Below are positions 1 to 8,376 of a stretch of 31,416 nucleotides of DNA, one piece after another. This DNA comes from a virus. Taxonomy: Duplodnaviria; Heunggongvirae; Uroviricota; Caudoviricetes. Every line of letters begins with the position of its first letter. Position 1 is the stretch's first letter. Location: IMG/VR virus record IMGVR_UViG_2757320620_000001, positions 1-31,416 of that record; one strand, written 5' to 3'. The notes under the pieces are model-generated. The model did no database searches, was not told the origin of the DNA, and saw only the letters and a program-made list of their open reading frames with translations. Made by a program: the position numbers and the translations under genes.

Positions 1-2
1 CC

Positions 3-461
3 GGCACCAACGGTGCAGCCATCTCGGCTGAAATGCTCGACGAACTGCTCGATGCCGTCAAGCTCGGCGCCGACGTTCTGATGATGCGCCGTGGCACCTG
101 GCGTGCAATCCGCGCGATCATGCGCTCCTTCGGTGGCAACACCGGCGACATGATCCAGATCCCGAACTTCGGCAAGCCGGTTCCCGCCTACGACGGCATC
201 CCGATCATCATCAATGACTTCCTGACTGCCGACGAAGTCATGGGTTCGGCCAACGAAACCTGCTCGGTCTACGCTCTGCGTCTGAACGAAGCTGATGGTT
301 TCCACGGCATCTTCGGTGGTCCTTCGGCTGGTATCCAGTTCGAAGAGATCGGCACGATCCAGAACAAGGATGCGAGCCGCTACCGTGTCAAGTGGTATGC
401 GGGCACTGCCCTCAAGGCCACGCACTCGGTTGCTCGCCTCAAGGGCATCCTCAACATTTAA
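3..461 (+). CDS. Major capsid protein, C-terminal part (5' end lies outside the window)
   Basis: Frame is open from the window start (GTNGAAISAEMLDELLDAV...). The motifs 'YDGIPIIINDF' and 'RYRVKWYAGTALKATHSVARLKGI' are typical of an HK97-fold capsid C-terminus. Followed by an operator-like site and a terminator. Confidence 0.88.
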   Translation, partial: GTNGAAISAEMLDELLDAVKLGADVLMMRRGTWRAIRAIMRSFGGNTGDMIQIPNFGKPVPAYDGIPIIINDFLTADEVMGSANETCSVYALRLNEADGFHGIFGGPSAGIQFEEIGTIQNKDASRYRVKWYAGTALKATHSVARLKGILNI

Positions 462-469
462 TCTGGTTA

Positions 470-489
470 GTCAATCAATATTGACTTAC
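470..489. promoter_or_regulatory. 20-bp palindromic operator-like site, copy 1 (GTCAATCAATATTGACTTAC)
   Basis: Read directly; 9 bp after the capsid stop. Its last 3 nt begin a -10-like TACAAT (487-492). Confidence 0.8.
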
Positions 490-492
490 AAT

Positions 493-518
493 AGGGGCAG
501 GATTTTCCTGCCCCTTTT
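493..518 (+). terminator. Intrinsic terminator-like hairpin after the capsid gene
   Basis: AGGGGCAGGA-TTT-TCCTGCCCCT, a 10-bp perfect stem followed by TTT. Confidence 0.75.
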
Positions 519-535
519 GCTATTTGGAGATAAGA

Positions 536-1099
536 ATGGCTCGCGTTCGACTGACTGCTCTGGGAATGGAGCACTTCACCGGCAATCTCGGCAAGGTTCG
601 CTTTGTCGATGGTGTCTCCGCGGATCTCACCCCGGCCCAGGCCGAAGTGGTCGGCGCCGCATATAAATCCGTCCTGGTCCAGGCCAACGGCACGACCGTG
701 ATCGGTCCGGCCAGTCCGGCTGCCCGTGCTGCTACTCAGGCGCCCGATCGCGCCGCTCCTGCACCTGCCGGCGTCGCGCCGGTCGAGCAGGCCCGCACCG
801 ACCTCGAGCCCTTCTATATCAAGACGATCGACAAGGCGACCTATACGCTGAGCGACGATGACGCCGGCTATCTGCTCGATTTCGTCCAGGGCACCACCAT
901 TACCGTTCCGACCGGCCTTGCCGATGATTTTTACTGCTCGCTGCGCCAGGGCGGCGCCAGCCAGATCAGGGTCGTCGGCGCCGGCGTCACGGTCGAGGAG
1001 ATCGACAATCAGTTCCGCAGCGAAAAGCGTCTGGCCGTTCTGCAGGTCGCCCGCTTCCCGGACGGCAAGTTTCAGCTCCTCGGAAGGACGGCATCGTAA
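536..1099 (+). CDS. Putative virion-associated adaptor, 187 aa; N-terminus paralogous to the 2827..3822 protein
   Basis: GGAG at 526-529 before ATG 536. The N-terminal pattern G-x3-[FY]TG-x-L-x4-F-x-[DN]GVS is shared with 2827..3822. An Ala/Pro linker leads to a beta-rich C-terminal domain (TYTL..DAG..TITVP..RQGGASQI) of a kind common in phage fibre proteins. Confidence 0.7.
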   Translation: MARVRLTALGMEHFTGNLGKVRFVDGVSADLTPAQAEVVGAAYKSVLVQANGTTVIGPASPAARAATQAPDRAAPAPAGVAPVEQARTDLEPFYIKTIDKATYTLSDDDAGYLLDFVQGTTITVPTGLADDFYCSLRQGGASQIRVVGAGVTVEEIDNQFRSEKRLAVLQVARFPDGKFQLLGRTAS

Positions 1100-2730
1100 T
1101 GGGTCATCCTCTCCTCAATCGTCTGCTGTCGAGCGTTGCGACCAGCCGCCCGGTGCTGCCGGCCGTCGACCCGAACCGCTACATGTTCTTTGCAACGCGC
1201 AACCGCGTCATGACCGGCGTTCTGATGACGGCGCCGACGGGGCTGACCAGTTTCGAAAGCACGCTCTATTTCGGCTGCCCGGACTACAAGACCCGTGACT
1301 TCGTCTTCCACTTCTCCGGCATCATGTCGACCGAGGGCGGTGCAGCGCCGGCCGAAACCCTGGTGCCGGCAAACGACATGGTTCTGAACGAGGTCTATCT
1401 CGTCTACCAGGGCGTCGAATACCCGATCCTGTTTAGCGGCCAGCCGTCGGTCACGATCGTCAAGGGATCTGACGGCGTCTTCGGCAATGTCACGCTGCCG
1501 TTCGACCTGCCGCGGCTCGCCAAGTTCGGCATCCGCACCTACTACTCGGTGCCTGCCGACGGCAACTTCGTCTGCGGCTATCGCGTCCAGCGTCACCGCG
1601 GCGAGACCTTCCGGGGCGCCGGCTCGCTCGCTGCCCTCAAAGCCCTCGTCGCTGCCAACGGCAGCACGCCGGCGCTCGACATCAACTATAACCTCGTCGG
1701 CAGCCAGGCGAGCGGCCAGCAGCTTGCTTTCGGCCCCGACTTCATGGTTTCCAAGGGTGACTGGGATGGCCGCCCGGTGCTGCTCGTCATTCCGGACAGC
1801 ATTGGCGAGTCGCGCCAGGAAATTGCCCATTCTGCCGACGATCGCGGCAATCTCGGCGTCCTGCGTCGCTTCCTCGACGATCCGGGCAGCATTCACGGCC
1901 GTATCCCGAACATGTTCATCGCCGGACCTGGCGCTGCGGCAAGCCGCGAACTGACGACCGGTGCCTTCCAGCGCTGGCGGGTGTTCGACCAGATCATCGC
2001 GATGAACGGTGGCAAGTGGCCCTGCACGGGCGCGCTCAACCAGATGGGCTTCAACGACTCGAATGCGGTTCCGGCAACCTGGATCGCTCGCCCGAAGACG
2101 CTCGTCGCCAGCGTCAAGACCCGCTATCCCGGCATGAAGGTCTTCCAGACGACGATCACCTCGCGTGCGACGAGCACCGACCTTTATCGCACGACGGCCG
2201 GCCAGACCGTGCCGAACCCGTGGAAATCGCCCGCCGTTGCCGGCGACGCCAATACCGGCCTCGGCCAGCTCAACGACGCGATCCGCGCCAATATCGGCAA
2301 CTGGCATGACGGTGTGGTCGAGGTCTATGACGCCTGGTCCGATCCGGACAACCCGAACCGCTGGCGCAGCTCCAACCAGTTCGGCGAGCTCGGCCGCCTG
2401 GTCAGCAATTCCGGCAGCGGTGACGGTATCACGCCCTGGAATCAGGCTGTCTCGAGTGTGCCGCTGAAGCGGGGCTACCCGTATCTGATCGAGTATCAGC
2501 CGGGGCTCTGGTCGACGCGCACCGTCTACGACTGCTCGCCGTCGGCGCCCTATCAGATCACGTTCATCGAGAACTTCGCGACCATCTTCCAGCCGAACGC
2601 CAAGATCCAGCTCGCCATCTGCAATGACGGTGTCGGCGTGCATCCGACGCCTGGCTATGTCGAGTGGATGCTCGGCCGCATGCCGCAGTCGATGAAGGAT
2701 CAGTTCCCGAGGGTCTTGGCCCCGGCCTGA
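1099..2730 (+). CDS. SGNH/GDSL-like hydrolase (esterase/deacetylase) with N-terminal beta-rich domain, 543 aa
   Basis: Block I LLVIPDSIG (GDS variant keeping Ser), block III MGFND, block V DGVGVHP. TAATG translational coupling to the upstream ORF. Confidence 0.72.
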   Translation: MGHPLLNRLLSSVATSRPVLPAVDPNRYMFFATRNRVMTGVLMTAPTGLTSFESTLYFGCPDYKTRDFVFHFSGIMSTEGGAAPAETLVPANDMVLNEVYLVYQGVEYPILFSGQPSVTIVKGSDGVFGNVTLPFDLPRLAKFGIRTYYSVPADGNFVCGYRVQRHRGETFRGAGSLAALKALVAANGSTPALDINYNLVGSQASGQQLAFGPDFMVSKGDWDGRPVLLVIPDSIGESRQEIAHSADDRGNLGVLRRFLDDPGSIHGRIPNMFIAGPGAAASRELTTGAFQRWRVFDQIIAMNGGKWPCTGALNQMGFNDSNAVPATWIARPKTLVASVKTRYPGMKVFQTTITSRATSTDLYRTTAGQTVPNPWKSPAVAGDANTGLGQLNDAIRANIGNWHDGVVEVYDAWSDPDNPNRWRSSNQFGELGRLVSNSGSGDGITPWNQAVSSVPLKRGYPYLIEYQPGLWSTRTVYDCSPSAPYQITFIENFATIFQPNAKIQLAICNDGVGVHPTPGYVEWMLGRMPQSMKDQFPRVLAPA

Positions 2731-2741
2731 TCCGGCCGCGC

Positions 2742-2770
2742 TTGATGCGCAATCAATATTGATTTACCAT
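2742..2770 (+). promoter_or_regulatory. Palindrome copy 2 (2748-2767, CGCAATCAATATTGATTTAC) filling the spacer of a putative sigma70 promoter
   Basis: TTGATG (2742-2747), 17 bp, TACCAT (2765-2770). Confidence 0.7.
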
Positions 2771-2797
2771 TGCGGGCAGGGCTCAACCTGCCCGCAA
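2770..2797 (+). other. GC-rich hairpin without a U-tract
   Basis: TTGCGGGCAGG-GCTCAA-CCTGCCCGCAA, an 11-bp stem sharing the GGGCAGG arm with the 493-518 hairpin. Confidence 0.65.
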
Positions 2798-2826
2798 GCA
2801 TTCACCCCACAACAGATTGGTGGACA

Positions 2827-3822
2827 ATGAACTATCTCAAGATCGTCTCGAAGGGCTGGCAGGGTTACACTGGTCAGCTCAATATCATCAGCTTCAAGAA
2901 CGGCGTCTCGACCGAGCCCGTTCCTCCGCGCATTGCCGACCGTATCGCCGCTTCCGTCCAGGTCGTCGAATGTGACGCCAAGGGTAAGGCTGCCAAGGTT
3001 CCGGTTCGCGTTGGCGTCCAGCACCGGCTGATCACGGAAACGGCCGCTCGCGCTGCCATTGCGACCAGCCTGGAGACGCAGACCGACGCTGACAAGAGCA
3101 TGGAAGCAAAGCTCGATGCCGCCCGCTCGCTGACGGCTCCGGTCGAAACGCTGTTCACCCGCCCCGAGCTCGAGAAGATCGCCGACGACAGCGGCATGAA
3201 GGGCCTGCGCGACATCGGCGACAAGTGGACCGTCAAAGGCCGCGGCATTCCCGAGCTGATCGAAAAGATCCTGGTCGCCCAGTCGAAGTTCCTGCAGCTG
3301 CGCAATCAGAAGATGGACCAGGCAGGCGGCTCGGTGCTGAAGGCAACGACGCTTGCGACCGCTGAGGAAGAAGCCACGGTTGCTGTCGACGAAACGCCGG
3401 CTGTTGCCGGCTACGAAGGCTTGCCGGCCGAATATCATGTCGGCGACGTTGTCGTGCCGGGCGTCACGCTTATCGAGTTCGCCCTGAAGAACTCCGGCAA
3501 GTCGCTGACCGGCTGGAATGCTCTGCGCGACAGCGAGCGCAAGACGCTGATCGACCAGGAGGTCGCCGCCCTCGAGGAGCACTACGGCGCCAAGCTCGAG
3601 CCCGTCGTTGTCGGTGACGCGCCGGCCGACGAGACCCTGCTCGGCTCGTCCGTTCTGGCCTCGTCCTACGAGATCGACGGCAAGACTGTCACCCTTGGTG
3701 AGCTGGTTGCGGCCGCACACACCCTCTCCGGCGCAACCGTTGCCGAGTGGAATGAGCTTGCCGAAGCCGATCGCGAGGATCTGATCCGTGCCGAACTCGA
3801 TCGTCGGCTCCCGAAGGAATAA
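2827..3822 (+). CDS. Conserved post-capsid virion/head-associated protein, 331 aa, with two C-terminal repeats
   Basis: ATG 2827 chosen over the upstream TTG. Has a helical HeH/Rho-N-like segment (RPELEKIADDSGMKGLRDIG...GIPELIEKIL) and two repeats (SGKSLTGWNALRDSERKTLI / SGATVAEWNELAEADREDLI). Confidence 0.7.
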   Translation: MNYLKIVSKGWQGYTGQLNIISFKNGVSTEPVPPRIADRIAASVQVVECDAKGKAAKVPVRVGVQHRLITETAARAAIATSLETQTDADKSMEAKLDAARSLTAPVETLFTRPELEKIADDSGMKGLRDIGDKWTVKGRGIPELIEKILVAQSKFLQLRNQKMDQAGGSVLKATTLATAEEEATVAVDETPAVAGYEGLPAEYHVGDVVVPGVTLIEFALKNSGKSLTGWNALRDSERKTLIDQEVAALEEHYGAKLEPVVVGDAPADETLLGSSVLASSYEIDGKTVTLGELVAAAHTLSGATVAEWNELAEADREDLIRAELDRRLPKE

Positions 3823-3825
3823 GCC

Positions 3826-4662
3826 ATGATGAAGCTCTACCCCGAGAACTACGATGTCGCGATCGACGTCCTCTTCACCGATAACAGCGGCGCGCCCCTC
3901 AATGTGACAAGCGTTACTGCGCATCTTGTGGATAGCGACGACCTCGAGCTGGCCGACTTCGGTCAGATCCCGTTCGACCTGGTCGACGGTAAGGTGACGA
4001 TCACGGTGCCGGCCGATCTCAACGTTCTCGGGGAGGGCGAACTGTCTGCGGCACGCACGCTGCTCGTCTATCTCGGCGATGGAACTGTCGTTCTTCCGCG
4101 GATCCATTCCTACATCATCGAGGCGGAAAGCCGCCTTGAGATCCTCAACAACACTTTCCTGACACTGCCGGCAGCCGAAGTGATTGCGCGCGACAATCCG
4201 CGCCTGAAGGGCTGGGTTGCCGCTGACGACGAGAAGAAGTCGGCCGCGCTGATCAATGCCTATACCCGGCTCTCGCGCATCCAGCTGCGCTATGCCAAGC
4301 CACGGGCTGAAGCTGACGTCGCGACCACGACGCGCCCCTACGATCCGACCCGTCTGCACCGCGAGGACTGCGATGTCGTGATCCGGCCTGGCGACTGGAG
4401 CAGCCGCTTCACCAAGGAAGACTTCCTGGCGATGCCGGCTGATTTTCGCAAGGCTCTTCGGCTCGCCCAGCTCATCGAAGCCAACGAGGTTCTGACCGAC
4501 AATCCGTTCGAAGCGCGTCACCGCGCCGGCGTCATTTCCGAGACCGTCGGCGAAAGCTCGATCATGCTGCGCGGTGGCAAGCTCGAGCTCGGCGTCTCCA
4601 CCGAGGCGTTGCGGGCGCTCACCGGCTTCGTCTACTACAATGTGAGGATCGCCCGCGCATGA
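3826..4662 (+). CDS. Head-tail adaptor/connector protein
   Basis: Position in the module. The C-terminal half resembles head-tail adaptor families (TLPAAE...W...KKSAALINAY; VISETVGESS). Confidence 0.6.
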   Translation: MMKLYPENYDVAIDVLFTDNSGAPLNVTSVTAHLVDSDDLELADFGQIPFDLVDGKVTITVPADLNVLGEGELSAARTLLVYLGDGTVVLPRIHSYIIEAESRLEILNNTFLTLPAAEVIARDNPRLKGWVAADDEKKSAALINAYTRLSRIQLRYAKPRAEADVATTTRPYDPTRLHREDCDVVIRPGDWSSRFTKEDFLAMPADFRKALRLAQLIEANEVLTDNPFEARHRAGVISETVGESSIMLRGGKLELGVSTEALRALTGFVYYNVRIARA

Positions 4663-5420
4663 TCTGCAATCATCTGACGGATCTCGCCGGCCAGGCGAGC
4701 GTTCGCTACGCGCTGTTTACCGACGGTCTGCGGTCGATCTATCGCCGGGCGCTGAACAGCCAGGTGCTCGATGACACCGCGGCGACCAGGGAGGCCGGCG
4801 AACTCGCCATCGCCTTCCTGCGCAACGAGGCTCCGGCGATCGAGGCTGCAGTTCAGGAAATCGCTGAGATTGCGCACACAGCGACGTTAGATGAAATTGC
4901 GAGCAACGACACAGAAAGTCTGTCGGACGAAGCGCTCGAGCATCTGAGCGTGTCTAGCGCTTATCTTTCTGACGAACTGCTTGCGCAAGCGTCGCGCGAT
5001 GTCGCGACGATGCGTAGATCTATTCAGCGGGTGCGTCTGGAAGTGTCGCTGGCGTCGCGCTCGTCCGGCCGGTCCCAGCGCGCGGCAATGATCGAATACA
5101 TGATCGGCAACAAGGCCGATATCGACTTCTTCTTCCACGACAAGGCCTCGCGCAAATGGGAATCGAAGCTGTTCGTCCGCTCGATTTATCGCCAGACGCT
5201 GCTGTCGGTCTATAACGAGATCGTCCTCTATACGCTGGCCGATCACGGTATCGACCGCGCCGAGGTCGAGCATCACTCGCCCGACGCCCAGCATGACGGT
5301 ATGGTGATCGCGCTTTCGTCCAGCACCGAGCTGCCGACCTATTCGGAGATCCGCGAGACGGTCTTTCATCCGAACGCAAACGCCTGGCTCAAGATGGAGG
5401 GTTCGCATGTTCACGCCTAA
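4659..5420 (+). CDS. Minor capsid/head morphogenesis (SPP1 gp7/Mu F-like) protein, putative
   Basis: 'FHDKASRKW...YRQT' and terminal 'FHPN' resemble minor-capsid family motifs. ATGA overlap with the upstream gene. Confidence 0.45.
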   Translation: MICNHLTDLAGQASVRYALFTDGLRSIYRRALNSQVLDDTAATREAGELAIAFLRNEAPAIEAAVQEIAEIAHTATLDEIASNDTESLSDEALEHLSVSSAYLSDELLAQASRDVATMRRSIQRVRLEVSLASRSSGRSQRAAMIEYMIGNKADIDFFFHDKASRKWESKLFVRSIYRQTLLSVYNEIVLYTLADHGIDRAEVEHHSPDAQHDGMVIALSSSTELPTYSEIRETVFHPNANAWLKMEGSHVHA

Positions 5421-5748
5421 TTTCCTGGGCACGTTCCAGCAGGTCACCGGCCGCAACCTCGACGGCGAAGAGACCTATTCCGACCCGCTGCCGCTGCAGC
5501 TCTCCGTCGTGCGCCTGGCTGCCAGGTCCGAAAAGACCTCGGTGCGATCCGACAGCTCGGCCTCGCGCGGCCAGGCCGACCAGCTGACAGCCGATGCGGT
5601 GATCCTCACCAAGAACGAAGCGCTCCGTGTCGATGACCTGGTGCAGGTCATGGACTTCAAGCTGCGTGTCGTCGGTCATCACCCGCGCCTGTCGGTGTTC
5701 GGCATTCTCGATCACTATGAGATCGCCCTGGAGCACGTCTACGAATGA
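5407..5748 (+). CDS. Head closure/head-tail joining protein
   Basis: 113 aa beta-rich ORF in the neck module, overlapping both neighbours. Confidence 0.6.
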   Translation: MFTPNFLGTFQQVTGRNLDGEETYSDPLPLQLSVVRLAARSEKTSVRSDSSASRGQADQLTADAVILTKNEALRVDDLVQVMDFKLRVVGHHPRLSVFGILDHYEIALEHVYE

Positions 5749-6176
5749 TCGACATGAAAGTCACCGGCATCAGGGAGAACGTCCTGCGGCTGCGCAACAT
5801 CGGCGCGCGCGTTCACGAGAACGCCCGCAAGACCATGCACGCGGCTGCCGATCGTATCGTCGAGACGGCAAAGAAGATGGCGCCGGTCGATGAGCACAAT
5901 CTCGAGGACGCGATCGTTAAGCGGGTCGACTATGAAGGCTCGCGCCGGCGCCTGGCGATCGACATCGAGATCCTGCCCGAGGTCAACGGCGTGCGCGTCG
6001 AGGAATACGCGACCTATATGCATGAGGGGCACTACAAGCTCGGCCCCAAATCGCAGGCGAAGAACGACAGCCAGAGCGAAAGGGTCGGGCCGGGCTTTCT
6101 CACGCGAGCGGCCGAGGGCGAAGAAGACAAGCTGGGCGCGCGCATGATCGGCGTCATCACAGAGGAGAGCGAATAG
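5745..6176 (+). CDS. HK97 gp10-like neck/tail component
   Basis: 'AKKMAPVDEHNLEDAI' corresponds to the APVDTGxL motif; 'YATYMHEG' and 'PGFLTRA' also present. Confidence 0.75.
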   Translation: MIDMKVTGIRENVLRLRNIGARVHENARKTMHAAADRIVETAKKMAPVDEHNLEDAIVKRVDYEGSRRRLAIDIEILPEVNGVRVEEYATYMHEGHYKLGPKSQAKNDSQSERVGPGFLTRAAEGEEDKLGARMIGVITEESE

Positions 6177-6583
6177 TGATCTGGGATATCATCGTCAAGA
6201 AGATCCAGGACGCCGGCCTGGGTGTCGCGGGCACGAACATCTTCCGTTCGACCATGCCGGCCGACGCCAAGGTCGCGATCGGTCTGTTCGAGCCGCTCGA
6301 CGGGATCCACGTCGATGCCAACCTGCCGTATTTCTATAAGCCGAACCTGAAGGTCATCGTTCGTCACAACCAGATCAGCGTCGGGCGCAAGCTCGCCAAC
6401 GACATCATGAATCTGCTGATGGTCACGTCCGAGGAGATCTACGAGGCGAACGCCGAGCGGGGTAGGGTGCATCTCAAGGTTTTCCATCCGAGAAGCCTGC
6501 CGATCCAGTTCCCGGCAGCCGTCGGCGACCTGACGGAATGGTCGATCAACTTCCAGACGGCCTTCACTTTGAAGCCTGTCTGA
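6176..6583 (+). CDS. Tail terminator/completion protein
   Basis: 135 aa, GTG start overlapping the upstream TAG, immediately before the tail tube gene. Confidence 0.65.
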   Translation: MIWDIIVKKIQDAGLGVAGTNIFRSTMPADAKVAIGLFEPLDGIHVDANLPYFYKPNLKVIVRHNQISVGRKLANDIMNLLMVTSEEIYEANAERGRVHLKVFHPRSLPIQFPAAVGDLTEWSINFQTAFTLKPV

Positions 6584-6620
6584 GATCAAACGAACAGCTC
6601 TACGTAAAGCCGCGGCATTA

Positions 6621-6688
6621 GTCAATCATTATTGATTGACCGATGGCCTTTACTGCCTGTATCATATGGTCAATCAATTTTGACTTTT
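6621..6688 (+). promoter_or_regulatory. Double operator (copy 3 at 6621-6640, GTCAATCATTATTGATTGAC; copy 4 at 6669-6688, GTCAATCAATTTTGACTTTT) bracketing a putative sigma70 promoter of the tail tube gene
   Basis: TTGACC (6636-6641), 18 bp, TATCAT (6660-6665). Copy 3 overlaps the -35 and copy 4 covers the predicted start site. Confidence 0.75.
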
Positions 6689-6717
6689 ATCGACGGCCAC
6701 GTAGAGGAGAAATCACA

Positions 6718-7551
6718 ATGCCTTCGAATACCGAGAACGTGAAGCTGGGCGTTTGCACCGCTACCTTCGACTCTGCCGACCTGGGCTTCACCAAGGGCGG
6801 CGTGGAAGTCGAGGTTCAGACCAACACCCACGAAGTCACGGTCGACCAGATGGGCGAAACCCCGATCGACGAAATTATCACCGGCCGCACGGTCCAGGTG
6901 ACGATTCCGATGGCCGAGACCACGCTCGACAACCTCGCACGCGTCATGCCGGGCTCCACGCTCGTCACCGACGGCTCCTATGCGTCCGGCACCGTGACCT
7001 TCTCGAGCGCAGCTCCGGTCAACGGCGACAAGGTGACGATCGACGGTCTCGACTTCATCTTCAAGACGACCCCGACCGGCCCGCGCGACATGGCGATCCC
7101 GGCGACCATCGGTGCTGCCGCCCTGGCGCTCGCCGCTGCCGTCAACAACGCCGTTATCGGTGTTCTCGCAACCGCCAACGCCGGTGTCGTCACCCTGACG
7201 GCCAGCAACCGCGGCGTCTCGGGCAACCTGACCGTCACCAAGACGGCCGTCACGCCGGCAAACATCACCGCGGTCAACATGGCCGGTGGTGTCGACGCCA
7301 CGAAGGCGAAGGTCGTTGTCGAAACCGGCACCAACATTTCGCTGCTGAAGCTCGCCAAGAAGCTCGTTCTGCGCCCGAAGGGTAATGTCGATGCCCGCGA
7401 CGACTTCACCATCTTCAAGGCGATGACCTCCGGCGCCATCCAGTTCGCCTACCAGACGGACCAGGAGCGCATCTTCAACGTGGTCTTCAAGGGCTACGCT
7501 GACGTCTCCGGTCGACTTTTTGCCGTCGGCGACGAAACCGCAACCGCATAA
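6718..7551 (+). CDS. Major tail (tube) protein, 277 aa, with an internal inserted domain
   Basis: Strong SD GAGGAG. Tube motifs 'LGFTKGGVEV', 'VDQMGETPID' and 'YQTDQERIFNVVFKGY'. Confidence 0.88.
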   Translation: MPSNTENVKLGVCTATFDSADLGFTKGGVEVEVQTNTHEVTVDQMGETPIDEIITGRTVQVTIPMAETTLDNLARVMPGSTLVTDGSYASGTVTFSSAAPVNGDKVTIDGLDFIFKTTPTGPRDMAIPATIGAAALALAAAVNNAVIGVLATANAGVVTLTASNRGVSGNLTVTKTAVTPANITAVNMAGGVDATKAKVVVETGTNISLLKLAKKLVLRPKGNVDARDDFTIFKAMTSGAIQFAYQTDQERIFNVVFKGYADVSGRLFAVGDETATA

Positions 7552-7571
7552 CCCTTGCTTTGCTCCGCAAA

Positions 7572-7591
7572 GTAAATCAAAATTGACTTAC
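7572..7591. promoter_or_regulatory. Palindrome copy 5 (GTAAATCAAAATTGACTTAC)
   Basis: Read directly; its right half forms the 5' arm of the terminator hairpin. Confidence 0.78.
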
Positions 7592-7618
7592 TGGGATTTC
7601 CTCCCAGTAAGTCTTTTT
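7585..7618 (+). terminator. Intrinsic terminator after the tail tube gene
   Basis: GACTTACTGGGA-TTTCC-TCCCAGTAAGTC, a 12-bp stem followed by TTTTT. Confidence 0.85.
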
Positions 7619-7643
7619 CGTTTCAGAAGGATGAAACCCCAGC

Positions 7644-8003
7644 ATGTCGTCTGTCGATCCCGTTTATCTCGATCTCGATGCCGTTGAATCTCCCGTCGAC
7701 TTCACCGTGAAGTTCAAGGGCGTCGAACACAAGGTTGTTGAAACCTCGGTCAGCGATTTCATCGCCACCGCACGCGCCATCGAGAGCCTTTCCGTTGATG
7801 CCTCCGTTGAAAAGGAGCTCGAGGTCTCGATCTCGATCATCCACCGCTGCCTGCCGACCATTGCGATCGAGGATCTGCAGACGCTCAAGCTGTCTCAGCT
7901 CCAGCGCATCAAGGACTTCGTCATGACGGCGAATGGCGAGAAGGCTGAGGAGACACAGCCGGCCGGCGAGGGCGCCTCGGGAAACGCACCCAAGGCGAAC
8001 TGA
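7644..8003 (+). CDS. Tail assembly chaperone (gpG-like)
   Basis: 119 aa acidic ORF between tail tube and tape measure, ending just after a slippery heptamer. Confidence 0.82.
   Translation: MSSVDPVYLDLDAVESPVDFTVKFKGVEHKVVETSVSDFIATARAIESLSVDASVEKELEVSISIIHRCLPTIAIEDLQTLKLSQLQRIKDFVMTANGEKAEETQPAGEGASGNAPKAN
7979..7985 (+). other. Programmed -1 frameshift slippery site G GGA AAC
   Basis: X XXY YYZ heptamer in the gpG frame (GGA 7980-82, AAC 7983-85). The -1 frame is open through to 8350. Confidence 0.8.
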
Positions 8004-8350
8004 GGAAGATCGATTTCTTCTTCATCTTCGCCAGGATCATCAAGGTCTTCGGCATTCGGCACGAGGAGCTTCTCAAGGTGCCGATGAAGCGGTTCTGGGC
8101 CTACCATCGGATGGCCGATCGTCTTCAGGCTGCCGACGACATGCGAATGCTGCACCTCCTGGCCGGCGTGACCAGCCAGGAAGGTGTCGCCAAGCTTCAG
8201 GAGCGTCTCTCCGAACAAGTCGGCGAGATCTACGTCTTCCAACCCGTCGCGCCGACGCTCGTCGTTGCCGACACAACCGCTCCGGACCCTTCTTTCGAGA
8301 AGGACAAGCTGGAGTCCCTGCGAGCGAGCATCTTGCGCAATGGTCGATAA
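7985..8350 (+). CDS. gpT-like C-terminal part of the gpGT frameshift fusion (about 235 aa in total)
   Basis: The -1 frame reads RTQGELRKIDFFFIFARIIKVFGIRHEELLKVPMKRFWAYHRM...; the ORF track starts it only at 8078. Confidence 0.75.
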   Translation, partial: RTQGELRKIDFFFIFARIIKVFGIRHEELLKVPMKRFWAYHRMADRLQAADDMRMLHLLAGVTSQEGVAKLQERLSEQVGEIYVFQPVAPTLVVADTTAPDPSFEKDKLESLRASILRNGR

Positions 8351-8366
8351 ATCAAAACTGATTTAG
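8347..8366. promoter_or_regulatory. Palindrome copy 6, degenerate (ATAAATCAAAACTGATTTAG)
   Basis: 4 mismatches to GTAAATCAATATTGATTTAC. Spans the gpT stop just before the tape measure SD. Confidence 0.5.
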
Positions 8367-8376
8367 TGAGGAATGA

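Noticed and set aside
7933-8361. 142-aa ORF as the frameshift partner of gpG
   Set aside because: It is the +1 frame and Arg/Pro-rich with no chaperone-like sequence; the -1 frame fits the slippery heptamer.
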